DNA of 64,000 bases from the NCBI RefSeq assembly GCF_036971445.1, contig NC_091471.1, positions 356,004,001 through 356,068,000 of the forward strand, in the 5' to 3' direction. The DNA is from Narcine bancroftii. Lineage: Eukaryota. Position 1 is the stretch's first letter; each line of letters opens with the position of its first letter. Both the position numbers and the translations under genes were made by a program. Below the pieces are notes generated by a model, which saw nothing but the letters and a program-made list of their open reading frames with translations, had not been told where the DNA came from and did no database searches. Positions 39,282-51,031 of the stretch are shown piece by piece.

Positions 39282-39530
39282 GGTGCGTGAGATGTATTGT
39301 GGTGCATGAGATGTATTGTGGAAGGCGGTGCCTGATGTATTGTGGTGCGTGAGATGTATTGTGGAAGGCGGTGCATGAGATGTATTGTGGTGCGTGAGAT
39401 GTATTGTGGTGCGTGAGATGTATTGTGGAAGGTGGTGCGTGAGATGTATTGTGGTGCGTGAGATGTATTGTGGAAGGCGGTGCATGAGATGTATTGTGGT
39501 GTGTGAGATGTATTGTGGAAGGCGGTGCAC
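39282..39530. repeat. Compound minisatellite of 19-bp (GGTGCGTGAGATGTATTGT) and 26-bp (with GGAAGGC) units
   Basis: Direct reading, ~11 units. Confidence 0.92.
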
Positions 39531-39843
39531 TATTCATTTTAGTGAAAATATCTTCATGAAGACACGCGCTGGAAGAGTATATGGCATGAAAGTGAGAAGT
39601 CATAAATGGTACATTTGTAAACTGTATTGTATGTAAAAATTCCAATGCTCTCTCCTTTCCTTCTTCAGATACAAAGAACATAGGACCTGTTGCTGTGACA
39701 GCATGGGAACTGGGCTCTCAGCCCATGTCTGTACTTATTACGATGCTAACTTAACTAGTTCTACCTGCCTGGAAATGGCTCCTATCCCTCAGTCCTCTAC
39801 CTTTCCGTATGTCCATCTAAATGGCCCTTAAAAGTCACTGTCA

Positions 39844-40111
39844 AGGAGAAGACGGCGAAATGAACTGACCCAGTATGTAAAAGTAGATGACACAAATTTC
39901 TTGTTTATTTTCATTGTGTGATGACATTGTTTAATGGGTTTAATGTATCGTATATGTTGAATGTTGTGTGGGTGGGGAGGGGGGGTGAAGGAGGGAGGGA
40001 AGGGAGTGGAAAAAAGGGGAGAAAATTACACTGTGTATATTCAAGAGGGAAATGTTTGTGTGTATTTTGGTCAGTATGGTTCATAGTGTGAAAAATAAAA
40101 AATTTTTTTTA
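39844..40111 (+). mobile_element. 5'-truncated L1 3' UTR (related subfamily)
   Basis: aatttcttgtttatttt..acattgttt..G-rich tract..acactgtgtatatt..gtgtgaaaaataaaa; imperfect TSD AAAAGTC(C)ACTGTCA. Confidence 0.82.
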
Positions 40112-41883
40112 AAAAGTCCACTGTCATATCTGCTTCTACTACCTTCTCTGGCAGCAGATGCCTACCATGCTTTGTGTCAAGTCAACTTGTCTCACCCTTC
40201 TTTAATATTTTCCCCTTCTCGCTTTAAACCTGTGCCCTCTTGTTGATAATGTTTCCAGCCTTGGCAAAAGATCCTCTCTATGCCTCTCATGACTTTATAA
40301 ACTTCTCAACACTTCAGAGTAAACAAATCACGTTCCAATCCAATGGCTTTCTGAATGCATGCCCACTTAGTTATATTTTGATTTCCTTGCTCTTAAAATT
40401 GTTGCTTGGAAAGGTAATACCTAATGTATTGATAGCTACAATCATAAGGATCAACTGGCAACATAGAACCTTCTCCAAATCCAAGGACCTTTCCATTGGG
40501 AGTAACTTTGAACTCCAGAAATTTAATTAACTTTACCTAAATCAAAGTCAACTATCACTTAGAATTTTCAGTGTCTATATGCAAAACAGCTTAGTCTGTA
40601 TTCAAGTGGTATTTCACTGCCATGATTCCGAAAGGTGCACACCCTATGATCAGGAGAAGGTGATTCAAGTCCATTGAAATTCTTGGGTTATTTAGTTAGC
40701 CATCATGGCAAATTGGCATTTTAGTCACAATACCCAGCCCTTTGCCTTATCTGTTTAACATCAACAGTGGTGAATGCCTTAAAGATTCCAGTGGTCTAAC
40801 ATGGAGAACAGAGCTTAATGTGACCAATCATTGCAAGGGGGAGAGGCTGGGGTGGATGAGGATGGTAGTGAGAAGACGGATACTCACCTCCTCATAAGAA
40901 TCACAGTGATCAACCATTTAAGTCAACAAAATCTGAACCTGAATCCTGCATTCCAAACCAAATGGACCCCACATTGGACTCCATTCTCACTCTCATCTCC
41001 ACCTTTATTCTGCATCCTCAATGCAGAATAAAGCAAACACGAGAGAACAAATAAATAACAGTTTATATATTGATTTAGGAAAATACTTGGAGATTCCCCA
41101 TGATGTTTGTGGTGGAGGCCAAGACGGCAATGATTAATTCGCAAGGTGGAGGCACTGGAATAAGGGGAGCTCCACACTCAACAGTTGAAGGCCTTCCACC
41201 TGATGCCAATTGTTTTCAACTGCTTTATGGAACTGGGACTGGGGCTCACAGAAGTGTGATGGAGAGCAGACAAATTGATACAGGAGGGAGGGGGTTTATT
41301 CTCTTTTTTTTCTGCAAAATGGCAATGTGCAAAAGGAAACTTTTCATTGTCCCTACGAGCGCAAGGCAGTAATATATAATCTGATGCAGTGAACAAAGTT
41401 CTGTCCTTGACTTTTGCTGAGTGATCTTGAACTGCCTCAACATTGTTGAGACTGAGAGGAAGGAACCTGGCCGGCATTCCAATGACCAAACTCTCTCCAA
41501 TGTTGCCTGCTGGCAGGTCTGTGCGTGGGTGGTGGGTACAGATGATGGTTTGGCTTCTCATGGTCAACACTCACCTATGTAGGCTCACACACCAACAGTA
41601 CCCGATGCCACAGAGGGACTGAGTCATATGCAGGGCAGGGGAGATTCAACTTGGAAGAAGCCCAAAATGGATTGAGAAAAATCTTTTTTTCCCCCTATTT
41701 AAAGGTCAGATTTAACAAAGGCTTACTGATCCATATGGTCAACTCCACAGCAGCTAACCCACTCAATTGTAAGGAAGTCTGAAGTCATTTAAAGAATAAC
41801 ATTTATAAACTTGCTCTTTTTTTTGTGCAAAACGATTTTTTTTTGCTGACAGATGCAAACAAAGGGCAAAGTGAGATTCAATA

Positions 41884-42925
41884 GTAAATCACAAAAATTT
41901 GTAGACACTGTGGTTGAAGTAAAACTACAAAATGCTGGAGAAACTCAACAGGTCAAATAGTGTCCTTTATGTAGCAAAGACAAAGATACAGAACCGTCAT
42001 TTTGGGCTTGAGCCCTTCATCAAGGTCTGAGAGAATGCCAGCAGGCATACATCCGAAAAGGTAGGGGGGGTGGGGGGGGCGACAAAGGCAGGAGATGATA
42101 GGTGGAGAAAGGAGGGAGAGGACAGCAGCAATGAGGGGGAGGAGGGATGGCGGGGTAGGTGAGGGGGAAGGGAGGGGAGAACTGAAAAGACAAGAAAAAG
42201 GGAGGGAAAAGGAAGGTGAGCAAATTTAGCAGAAAGCAGAGGTCAATGTTAATGCCATATGGCTGGAGCGTGCCCAGACGATAAAATAAGGTGTTGTTCC
42301 TCCAATCTACAGGAAGTTTGGGTGGGATGGTACACAAGGCCTTTGACAGACATGGGACTTTGGGAGTGTTACTCAGAATTGAAATGGTTGGCAACTGGGA
42401 GGTAATTGTTGTTTTGGACAGAGAGGAGGTGCTCAGAGAAGCGATCCCCCAATCTGCGACCAGTCTCTCTGATGGAGAGAATGCCATAAAGGGAGCACCA
42501 GATACAGTAAATAAGTCCTGTGGATATGCAAGTGGTGTTATTTCACTTGAAAGGCCTATTTGGGGCCTCAGACCTCTTGCAGTCACAAGGGAAGGTGCCA
42601 GGGGAGGCGATAGGTGAGGAGGGATGAGTACATGAGGGAATTATGGACGGATCGGTCCCTGCGGAAGACCGAGAGGTGAGGAGAAGGAAAAAGGTGTCTG
42701 GTGGTGGGATCCTGTAATGTGTCAGAAATTCCAGCAGATAATGTGTTGGATGTGGGTGGGTGGGGTGGTCGATGAGGATGAGGGGGATTCTATGCTTGTT
42801 GGTGTCGGGGGCAGCGGGGGCCAAGGCAGATGAGCGAGAAATGGAGGAGATGTGGATGAGGGCTGAGTTGATAATGGTGGAAGGGAAGCCATATTTGTGG
42901 AAGAAAGTGGACATTTCAGAAGATC
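41884..42925 (-). mobile_element. Penelope-like element fragment
   Basis: MSTFFHKYGFPSTIINSAL..HRIPLILIDHP; YRLGTLQPYGINID. Confidence 0.82.
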
Positions 42926-42974
42926 CTTATTTAGCTCTACAATTTGGCTTCTGAGTTAAAAAAAATTTTAAACA

Positions 42975-43570
42975 GATCCCTACTCTGTGAGAAGTCTGAG
43001 GAGCTTCGGCATACTGTTGGATACTCAAATGAACTTTTCCAGATGGAAAGTTTACTGACTCGGTTGTAATATGGCCTGGTTTGGAAACTCGAGTGCTCAG
43101 GAACACAGAAGGCCACAGAAAGTCCATCACAGGCACCAACTTCCTGCCCATTGAAGACAACCATCTGGGATCATAAAGGCCCCCCCCCCCCCCCCCCATC
43201 ACCATTGTTACAACCTCTTCTCATTGCTACCTTAGAACTACAGAACATTATTGCACAGAAAACAGGCCCTTCTGCCCGTCCACTCTGTGTCAAAGGTACA
43301 GAAGCCTGAAGTCCGGCACCTCCAGGTTAAATAACAGTATTTTTTCAAATAGCCATCAAGCTTTTGAACCTGCCTGGACTACAATAACCCTAACACTAAC
43401 TAATTGCAAATGTGAATATTTATTCATCTAATTCTATTTATTATCTCTTTTTTTGCCTCATGCGATATTGTAGTAATTTATGCTATAGTTGTTAATGTAT
43501 CTTACGTGGCTGCAGCAAGCAAGAATTTCCCTGCATCTGTACATTGCACTGATGTGTATGACAACAGACT
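42975..43570 (+). mobile_element. Rex1/Babar LINE 3' fragment
   Basis: cctactctgtgagaagtctgaggag..ggttgtaatatggcctggtttggaaac..aggtacagaagcctgaag. Confidence 0.65.
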
Positions 43571-43724
43571 CTCCTATTGTTATCTCATATCATATCCTGA
43601 AAGGAACTGCACCAACTTCAGCGGCAAACAGATTAACTCGGACTTTTGGCTCTTCTTTTATAAATCTCACAACCTGAAAAAAAAACTTTGAAAATTGACT
43701 GATGGAGAAGCAATGGCAGAATCA

Positions 43725-44460
43725 CAAGATCACAGGCGACAGAAGCAGAAATAGGCCAATTGGCCCATCAAGTCGGCTTCACCATTCTATCATGAGCTGA
43801 TCCATCCTGCCACTCAACTCCACTCCCCGGCATTCTCCCCGTAACCCTTGATGTCCTGACTGATCAAATACCTGTCAATCTTTGCCTTGTATACAGCCAA
43901 AGACCTCGTTTCCACAACTACCTGGGGCATCAAGATCCAAAGACTGACGACCCTCTGACCAAAATTTTTCTGCATCGCTGTTTTAAATTGATGCCCCTTT
44001 AACCTGAGGTTGTGCCCTCTTGCCCTAAACTCGCCCACCATGGGAAACAATCTTGCCACATCAACTCTGTTCAGGCCTTTCAGCAATGGCTTTAAGAGGT
44101 CCCCCTCATCCTTCTGTACTCCAATAAGTATAGTCCAAGAGCCAACAAAATTCTCTCATATGCTAACCTGCTTATTCCTGATATCATTCTAGTAAATCTT
44201 CTCTGAACTCTCTCCAATGCCAGCACATCTTTTTTTCAAATAAAGCGCCCAAAACGGTACACTGAACTCCAAGTGAGGACTCACCAGTGCCTAATAGATC
44301 CTCAACATCACATCCCTGCTCTTTTATGCTAATCCTCTAGAAATGAATGCCAACATTGCATTCTCCTTCTTCACCACCGACTCAACCTGGAGGTCAACCT
44401 TTCGGGTATCCTGCACACGGACTCCTGAGTCCCTTTGCACCTCGGAATTTTGAACTTGAA
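43725..44460 (-). mobile_element. CR1 LINE 3' fragment
   Basis: LKGLNRVDVARLFPMVGE.R.RGHNLRLKG; QVESVVKKENAMLAFISRG. Confidence 0.85.
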
Positions 44461-47400
44461 CTTTTAAAGAGGGGTCAATGCTAGATAATTGGTGGGCGTA
44501 TCGATTCATTTTTAAACAGTTCTGAGTCCTGTTCCTTGATCTGACCATGCCCAATAACAACTTCACTGAAACATTGCTAAAGGGCCAACAACATGCAGTT
44601 TTCCATGAAGGGGGAAAGGGGTGGGGTGAGTATAAACAAGAGATTCATGGGAAGATCAGTAGGTTTCAAATAAAGTTAAAGAGCAGCAGATCAAGAGATC
44701 CAGCAGAGCGGGTGAACACAGGGGAATACAGTGATTTGTCCTTGTTCTAATATAATCCTCTTTTAAAATTGAGAGAAGCCTTTCAGCCCATCAGATCTAT
44801 ACCTGCTATGACAGCAATCCCTTTCCCGTGCATTATTTTTGCTCTCATGCCCTTAATTGCAACCCCCAAACCATGGATTCTTCTGTCATCCACTCACACT
44901 AAAGAGAACTTACAGTGACCATGGTCCTTTCCAGCACATCTTTGGGGCATGGGAGTAGATATGAGCACACTGGGAAACTCACACGGTCACAGGCAGAACA
45001 TGCAAACACCACATGGCAATGCCTGAGGACAAGATTGAACACAGAACCCTGAAGCTATGCAGTAGCAACACTGACTTCTATGCATTTACTGACCCAAGGG
45101 GTCACTATTCAGATCCAACCTCACACTCTCAGATGGCTCAAAATGATGTCCTATGAAAAATGTCTCAAGACATTCATTTAGCTTAACTGTCATTGGTATT
45201 TTACATACAACCAAAAGGGAAGATCTTTATCATGAGAATTTTAAAATGTGCACGCACTGTAATGCATTAAAGTCTCATAACATAGCGTGGGGGATATGGG
45301 GGGGGGGGGGTGAAATCTCAGTATCTTGCTCTCAGAGGAGAGGGTGTTGCTATAGAGTCCTGTTTCACAGTGTGGGCAACTTAATTAGATTTATGTAGTG
45401 GCCTTAATCTAGAAAAAAAAATCAAAAGATACTTCATAGCAATATCACAATCTAAATTGACATCACCACAAATCAAGAAATATTAGGGCTATTGACCAAG
45501 GAGAAGAGTTGCCAACATAAAAGCAACTTAAAGGGGGAAAGAGGGTTAGAGGTGGCGAGGTGGGGGGGGGGGGGGAAATCTCAGTGCTTACAACATTGGC
45601 AACCAATGGCAGAGCAATTACATGCAATGGATAAAGGTTTCAGAGGAGAAGATGAGATCATGGAAGAATTTGGAAACAAAGATGTTAACTTCATACACCA
45701 TTGCCACACTGACATGTCTGTCTATGGCCTCATGCACTGCCAAATCAAGGCCCCACGCAAACTTGTATTTTGACTCGGGACCTTCCAACCAGATGGCATT
45801 AAATCAACTTTTCCAATTTTCCATTAGATTCATTGTCAGTGTACATACACAACATCACAGTTGAATCCTGAGATTCTTTTTCCTGTGGGCAAGGCAGAAT
45901 TACCACTTATTGGCAGTGCAAAAAAAAACCTGACTGCAACACAAAGAGATTCTTTCTCTTCTACCCTCCCACCTGTATCCATCACTTACCTCTTACCTGT
46001 GCTCCTCCCCCTTCCCATTTCTCCCTCCTTTCCTCTCCTCCTCCCTGCCCACTGCCTTTTTTATTCCTGCGTCTACAGTACCTGTTTTTCCAGATTCCTG
46101 ACGAAGGGCTCGGGCCAGAAACGTTGATTGCCTTTAACTTCCTATCGATGCTGTGTGACCTGCTGAGTGTCTCCAACACTTCTGTGTTTTGCACTAGACC
46201 CCAGCACCTGTGGACTTTCTCATTTTAGAAGAGAATTAAAAGTTGTGGCAAAGCAAGCCAGGAACTACTGTAGATCAATAAACAATGGGATGAAGGGAGA
46301 AAGGAGCTGAGTGTAGCAGAAGAGTTTTGAACAGCTTCAAGTTTATAGATGATGCAATAAAGATAGTCAAACAGGTGGGCAGTGCAATAATCTAGACTAG
46401 TAGATGGAAGGGAAGTAAATCACAAAAATCTGTTGACACCGTCGTTGAAGTAAAAATGCTGGAGAAGCTCAGCAGGTCAAACAGTGTAGCAAAGGTGAAG
46501 ATACAGAACCGACGTTTTGGGCTTGAGCTCCATCAAAGTATCAAGTGTGCACAAGGGCTGTGAGGTTCAGCAGAAGATGCCATGATCCAGAGGCAGAGAG
46601 AAGTGTTGGCATAAAAGTGGAAAGGGGCCGCATCAGCGAGGACAGAAACTGGTTGTCCAAAGCTCATTCTAAGATCAAATGTGGCACCAATATTGTGTTT
46701 TGTCTTGTTCATTTTTTGACTCCTGAAAGAGGATGTCAAATTCTGGGTTTGTAAAATATTTTCAACTTTGATATATCCAGGCATTCTGTGTCTGAATTCA
46801 TAAATTAGAAAATATTTACAACGCACCAGAGTTTACTGAGCACTAATTAAAATAAAAAACTGCGCGTGTTGGCGATAATTAGGACATTTCCTTGTCAATG
46901 ACACTTTTGGCTCTTATGAACATAAATCTTCTACACTCATTTTTCTGGCTAAGTTGGGTCTGCTGATATTGGGAGGTTCTTGTAGTTTCTGTTCAATCGG
47001 TTATTTCAATAGGATACTGTTGTCTAAGTAACTTAATTTTGCTTTTAGTGGAATCAGATGTCTATTGTGTGACAAATGGCCTTCTCCATCTCACATTCAT
47101 TGGTTGAACCATTGTAGTAAATTGTTTGCAAACCAAAAGGGCAAATAAATGTGAGCTCCATTGGAATCCATGACTGACCTGGGTGGAAGTCCTCTTACCA
47201 GTGTGTGATCTTTGTGTGCATTGAGGTTTGAGTGCATTGGCTTAGCCTTGCATTTTCAGAGACCCTGTTTGTTATTCAGATCTCATACTGCTGCTTAGAG
47301 AGATGGAGAAAAAAAGCTTTTGCTGATGTATTGTTCAACATTCCTCCTCCAAAAGTAATTTACTGTTTGAAGTGCCTTGAGATGTTTTGATTATGCAATA

Positions 47401-47630
47401 AGCGGCAATACGAAAAATACTTAAATATAAAATAAAAAGCCTAGAGGCATGGGGAATGCAAAGGTACATACAAGCACACCCCAGATAGTCTTCCATGTAT
47501 GAATTATCTGGACATTTTATAAACTATAATTTGTCTTAAAAAAAATATTTCAATCCACATTATTGTGGCGTAAGGAAATATAATGCCATCGTGATATTTT
47601 CTATCATCTGTAATCACTGATCATCGATTA

Positions 47631-47960
47631 TGGTTTTTAGACTGCAGGCATGTGTCGGCACAATCCAGGAATTTTGCGGCTCCACTGGAAGTCTAAAAAG
47701 GAATGTGCAGAAATTTTGAGTCAATTCCTGTCCCACAATTTATCCTGCAGGACCCCTGCAACTTTTTGGAGGAAGTCTGCAGTGTAAATCGTACCGGAAA
47801 AATTCGTCGACGGTCATCCACTCTACCGCACATCCAACCATCGGGATTGTTGCACTCAGGTACTTGCAGTATAAAAAGGCACTCAGTGTGGACGACCACA
47901 CGGGCAGTAATTATGCTAGTTTTTTCCTACGATTTTCATGACTTTGCAGTCTAAAAACCA
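47631..47960. mobile_element. PIF/Harbinger-like MITE
   Basis: TIR TGGTTTTTAGACTGCA / TGCAGTCTAAAAACCA flanked by TTA and TAA. Confidence 0.65.
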
Positions 47961-48619
47961 TAAATGATCAGTGAGGTCACTGATAATCTTTGTCAATAGA
48001 ATCCAGCAGATATATTGACGACAATGCCTCCCATTCTCCATTCTGTTCTGTCAGTTTCTGTAGTAGTTTACCTGATGATGACTGTCATTGACAGGCCTCC
48101 CAGTGGCATCCACTGCATTTCTGATCCTTGTATTCTTGTCTCTCCTCCACCACCCGCAGGTGCCCTCACCTTCATCAACCAACTTCTACATTCATTTTAT
48201 CATCCTCTGCAAATTCCATCCACTTTCATTTAAGTGCATGTGTCAAGCTCATCCTCCCTTCCATTTCATGGGCTGTGGACTAGGTACAGGTCAGTGGGGC
48301 TAGGCAGAATAATAGTTTAACACAGTCTAGAAGGGCCAAAAGGCCTGTTTTTTTTTGTTCTATGGTTGCACAGTTCAGTGAACCCACTGATTCACTGCTC
48401 CATCTCCACCACCACAGGAACTGCATCGCCTGCTCACCATCCAAGGGGAAGTAGTAATTCATTTGCTCTTCTTCTGATTTAGAGTATTGCATTTGATCAT
48501 GATGTGGTCTCTCCTACGATGGTATGTATATAAACACAGATTTACATATGATCAAAAGAAATCGGAACAGGAATAGGCCATCTGGCCCATTGATCATCTG
48601 TCTTTTCAGTCTGGAAAGA

Positions 48620-48905
48620 TGGCCCATCTACGGCCTAGTATAGGTCCTTCAGCCCTTGATGTTGTGCCAACTTATACTGTATATTCTACCAAAAGAAGTA
48701 CTAAAGCTTTCCTGCCTCATAACCCTCTATTATTCTTTCATCCATGTTTCAGCTTCCACCACCATGAATGGTGGGAGGAAATCAGAGCCCATGAGGAAAC
48801 CCACACAGATATGGGGAGAACATACAAACTCCTTACTGACAGCATGGGATTCGAACACCAGTCCCGATCGCTGGCACTGTAAAGGTGTTGCACTAACCGT
48901 AATCC
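48620..48905 (-). mobile_element. V-SINE (HE1-like)
   Basis: gtgggaggaaatcagagcccatgaggaaacccacacag..tacaaactccttac..gggattcgaac..cactaacc. Confidence 0.75.
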
Positions 48906-49551
48906 CAAATGTTCACTATTCTTGCCCTGCGAAAATGCATTGGCTTCCATCGCCCTTATCAATGCCTCTCAGCAACTTGTTTAAGTCTCCTATCATCCTT
49001 CTTCGCTCTGAAGGGAAAAGTCTGCTAACCTTGCCTCATGAGAATTTATTTTCCATTCCAGAAAACATCCTGGTGAACCTTCTTTGCACCCTCTCCATAG
49101 CTTCCATGTCCTTCCTATAATGAGGTGACCAGAACGAACACAAAAAGTCAGAGATTCCACCCCACTCTGACCTCTCTATCTTCCCACACTATTCCTAGGA
49201 AAAATGGTGTAAGCTCCAGGGACAACTTCCTATCTTCCAACCATGCCTGTTCTAGCCTTCAGAACTAATGTTGGTTTCAACAACTTAGCTTTTTAAAAAA
49301 AACTTTAATTAGAATGAAGCCAGTACACCACCCCACCCCCTCGCTATGTAATGGTGTGTAACGATTTACAACTCTCTCATTAGCTATCTTTGACTTGATT
49401 ATGTCGTTTTTGCAATCAGTTTCGGCTGTGTGGTTTTATGACCAGGTGTGTGATCCTTTGATAAGGCACACATACATGTCGCAGGAAGACGACATTTTCC
49501 ACATCAGATATTTTTGCATCATTCCTGTCTGCGTTCGAATTACAGGGCCAA

Positions 49552-49583
49552 GTCAGAAATGGGTGGAATCCCAGTTTAAATGC
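49552..49583 (-). repeat. Perfect 32-bp inverted copy of NPTX1 proximal promoter segment 56642-56673
   Basis: GTCAGAAATGGGTGGAATCCCAGTTTAAATGC is the exact reverse complement of GCATTTAAACTGGGATTCCACCCATTTCTGAC. Confidence 0.93.
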
Positions 49584-51031
49584 CCAATTTCTACGTCAAC
49601 TCTACAGGCAAACCCTTCTTCATCCCCGACTGTCACCAAGACCCTGAAAGTTTTAACCTGGCTCTCAACAAAGGTCCAATTCCATCCGCAACCAAAGCCT
49701 TAAAAAAAGTTATTTCTCATTGATCCTCTGACATCAACCGAAAGAAAAGAAATTCATCGCTTAGTAACAAGAGAATACCTTCGGGATCCAAAGCGAGAGT
49801 TTGATTTCAGCAAATAAATAGACTTTAACGATCCTCGTTCAGAATTGATGAAGTCTTAGCTTTAATTGGAAAGTTTGTTGGTAAGAGAGGGGGAGGGGTT
49901 GAACACTTCCAATATTAATAGAAGTGCCATGAATCATCACTCATTAAATATATATATCCTGATAAATTTAGTTCAGTGAAGCATAAAAAAACTCGCAGAA
50001 TGGAATAATATTATTGTCACTGTACACATAGATTTGGAAAGATCCGTTCAGGGTGTGAAATTGTAAATTTAGACACTGTTCATCGGAATTGGGCAAGGCA
50101 GAGGAGAAGATGCTAGTGAGTTACAGACTTCTCCGAATGGCAGCGTTGCTGCAGACCACAACGACGTGATTGAGCGCGAAGCCAAGCAGATACTCAGCCC
50201 GACCTCCCCCTTCCACACCTGGACCCTTCAATAAAACGCGGGGGTGGGATCAATGACCACGAGTAATGAGAGTAGATGCGAAGACTGAGGCTGGGCGCTG
50301 CTTGGCAGAACCATTGGCGTTCTTTCTCGCCAGGTACGAATACTCACTAAATAAACCTCCCGTATCATAAAGCAAATCATCACGGAGGCCAAATTAATCA
50401 CTTTATCGTGGGTGAAGAAACCCGCCTCCCGGGGAACATGAGAATGAACCTAGAAACATTTTTGAAACGTTTAAAGACTCGAATTTGCATTTCCTCTGTG
50501 CTCCTGGACGCTGAAAGATTAGATTATAATTCTCCTCGAACAGCAATGTTATAGCGGATACATCTTCTTTAGAAATATTGACTGGGTGATAAATCCTGGC
50601 CGAGGTGCTGACGATCATTCTGTTGGCATCTCTTGGTTCCCAAGTACAATTGCCGCCTATTCGGTCGGGGTTCGGCCACTCTCTCTTTAAATGGAGCCCC
50701 AGACGCCCCAAGGTTAAAGGCCAAGAAACGACAGCTGCCCCCTGACCAGCTTGAGATGCTGTTGGATCAACCTTGGACTTTTGCTCCAAAACAGCCCTCT
50801 GGACCTCGAGAGAAAGGGTCCCGAATAGAAACATTGGGTGGCACGGATTGGTGAACCGAAACGACCTGTTTACCGTGCTGCAGGTCTAAATGTAATTTTT
50901 TTTAAAATTGACTGTCCATTTCTCTCATGGCTGAGTGAGTCCTTCCAGTTTCTCTTTGCTCATTTACCCTTCTGTCCGCTGAATCCAAGCATTTGAGAAA
51001 GAGCCCTCCACTGTTTTCACAGCTCCCTCTC

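Noticed and set aside
39234-39681. CRISPR-like look and His/Thr-rich ORFs
   Set aside because: Head-to-tail units with no unique spacers, no cas genes, vertebrate DNA.
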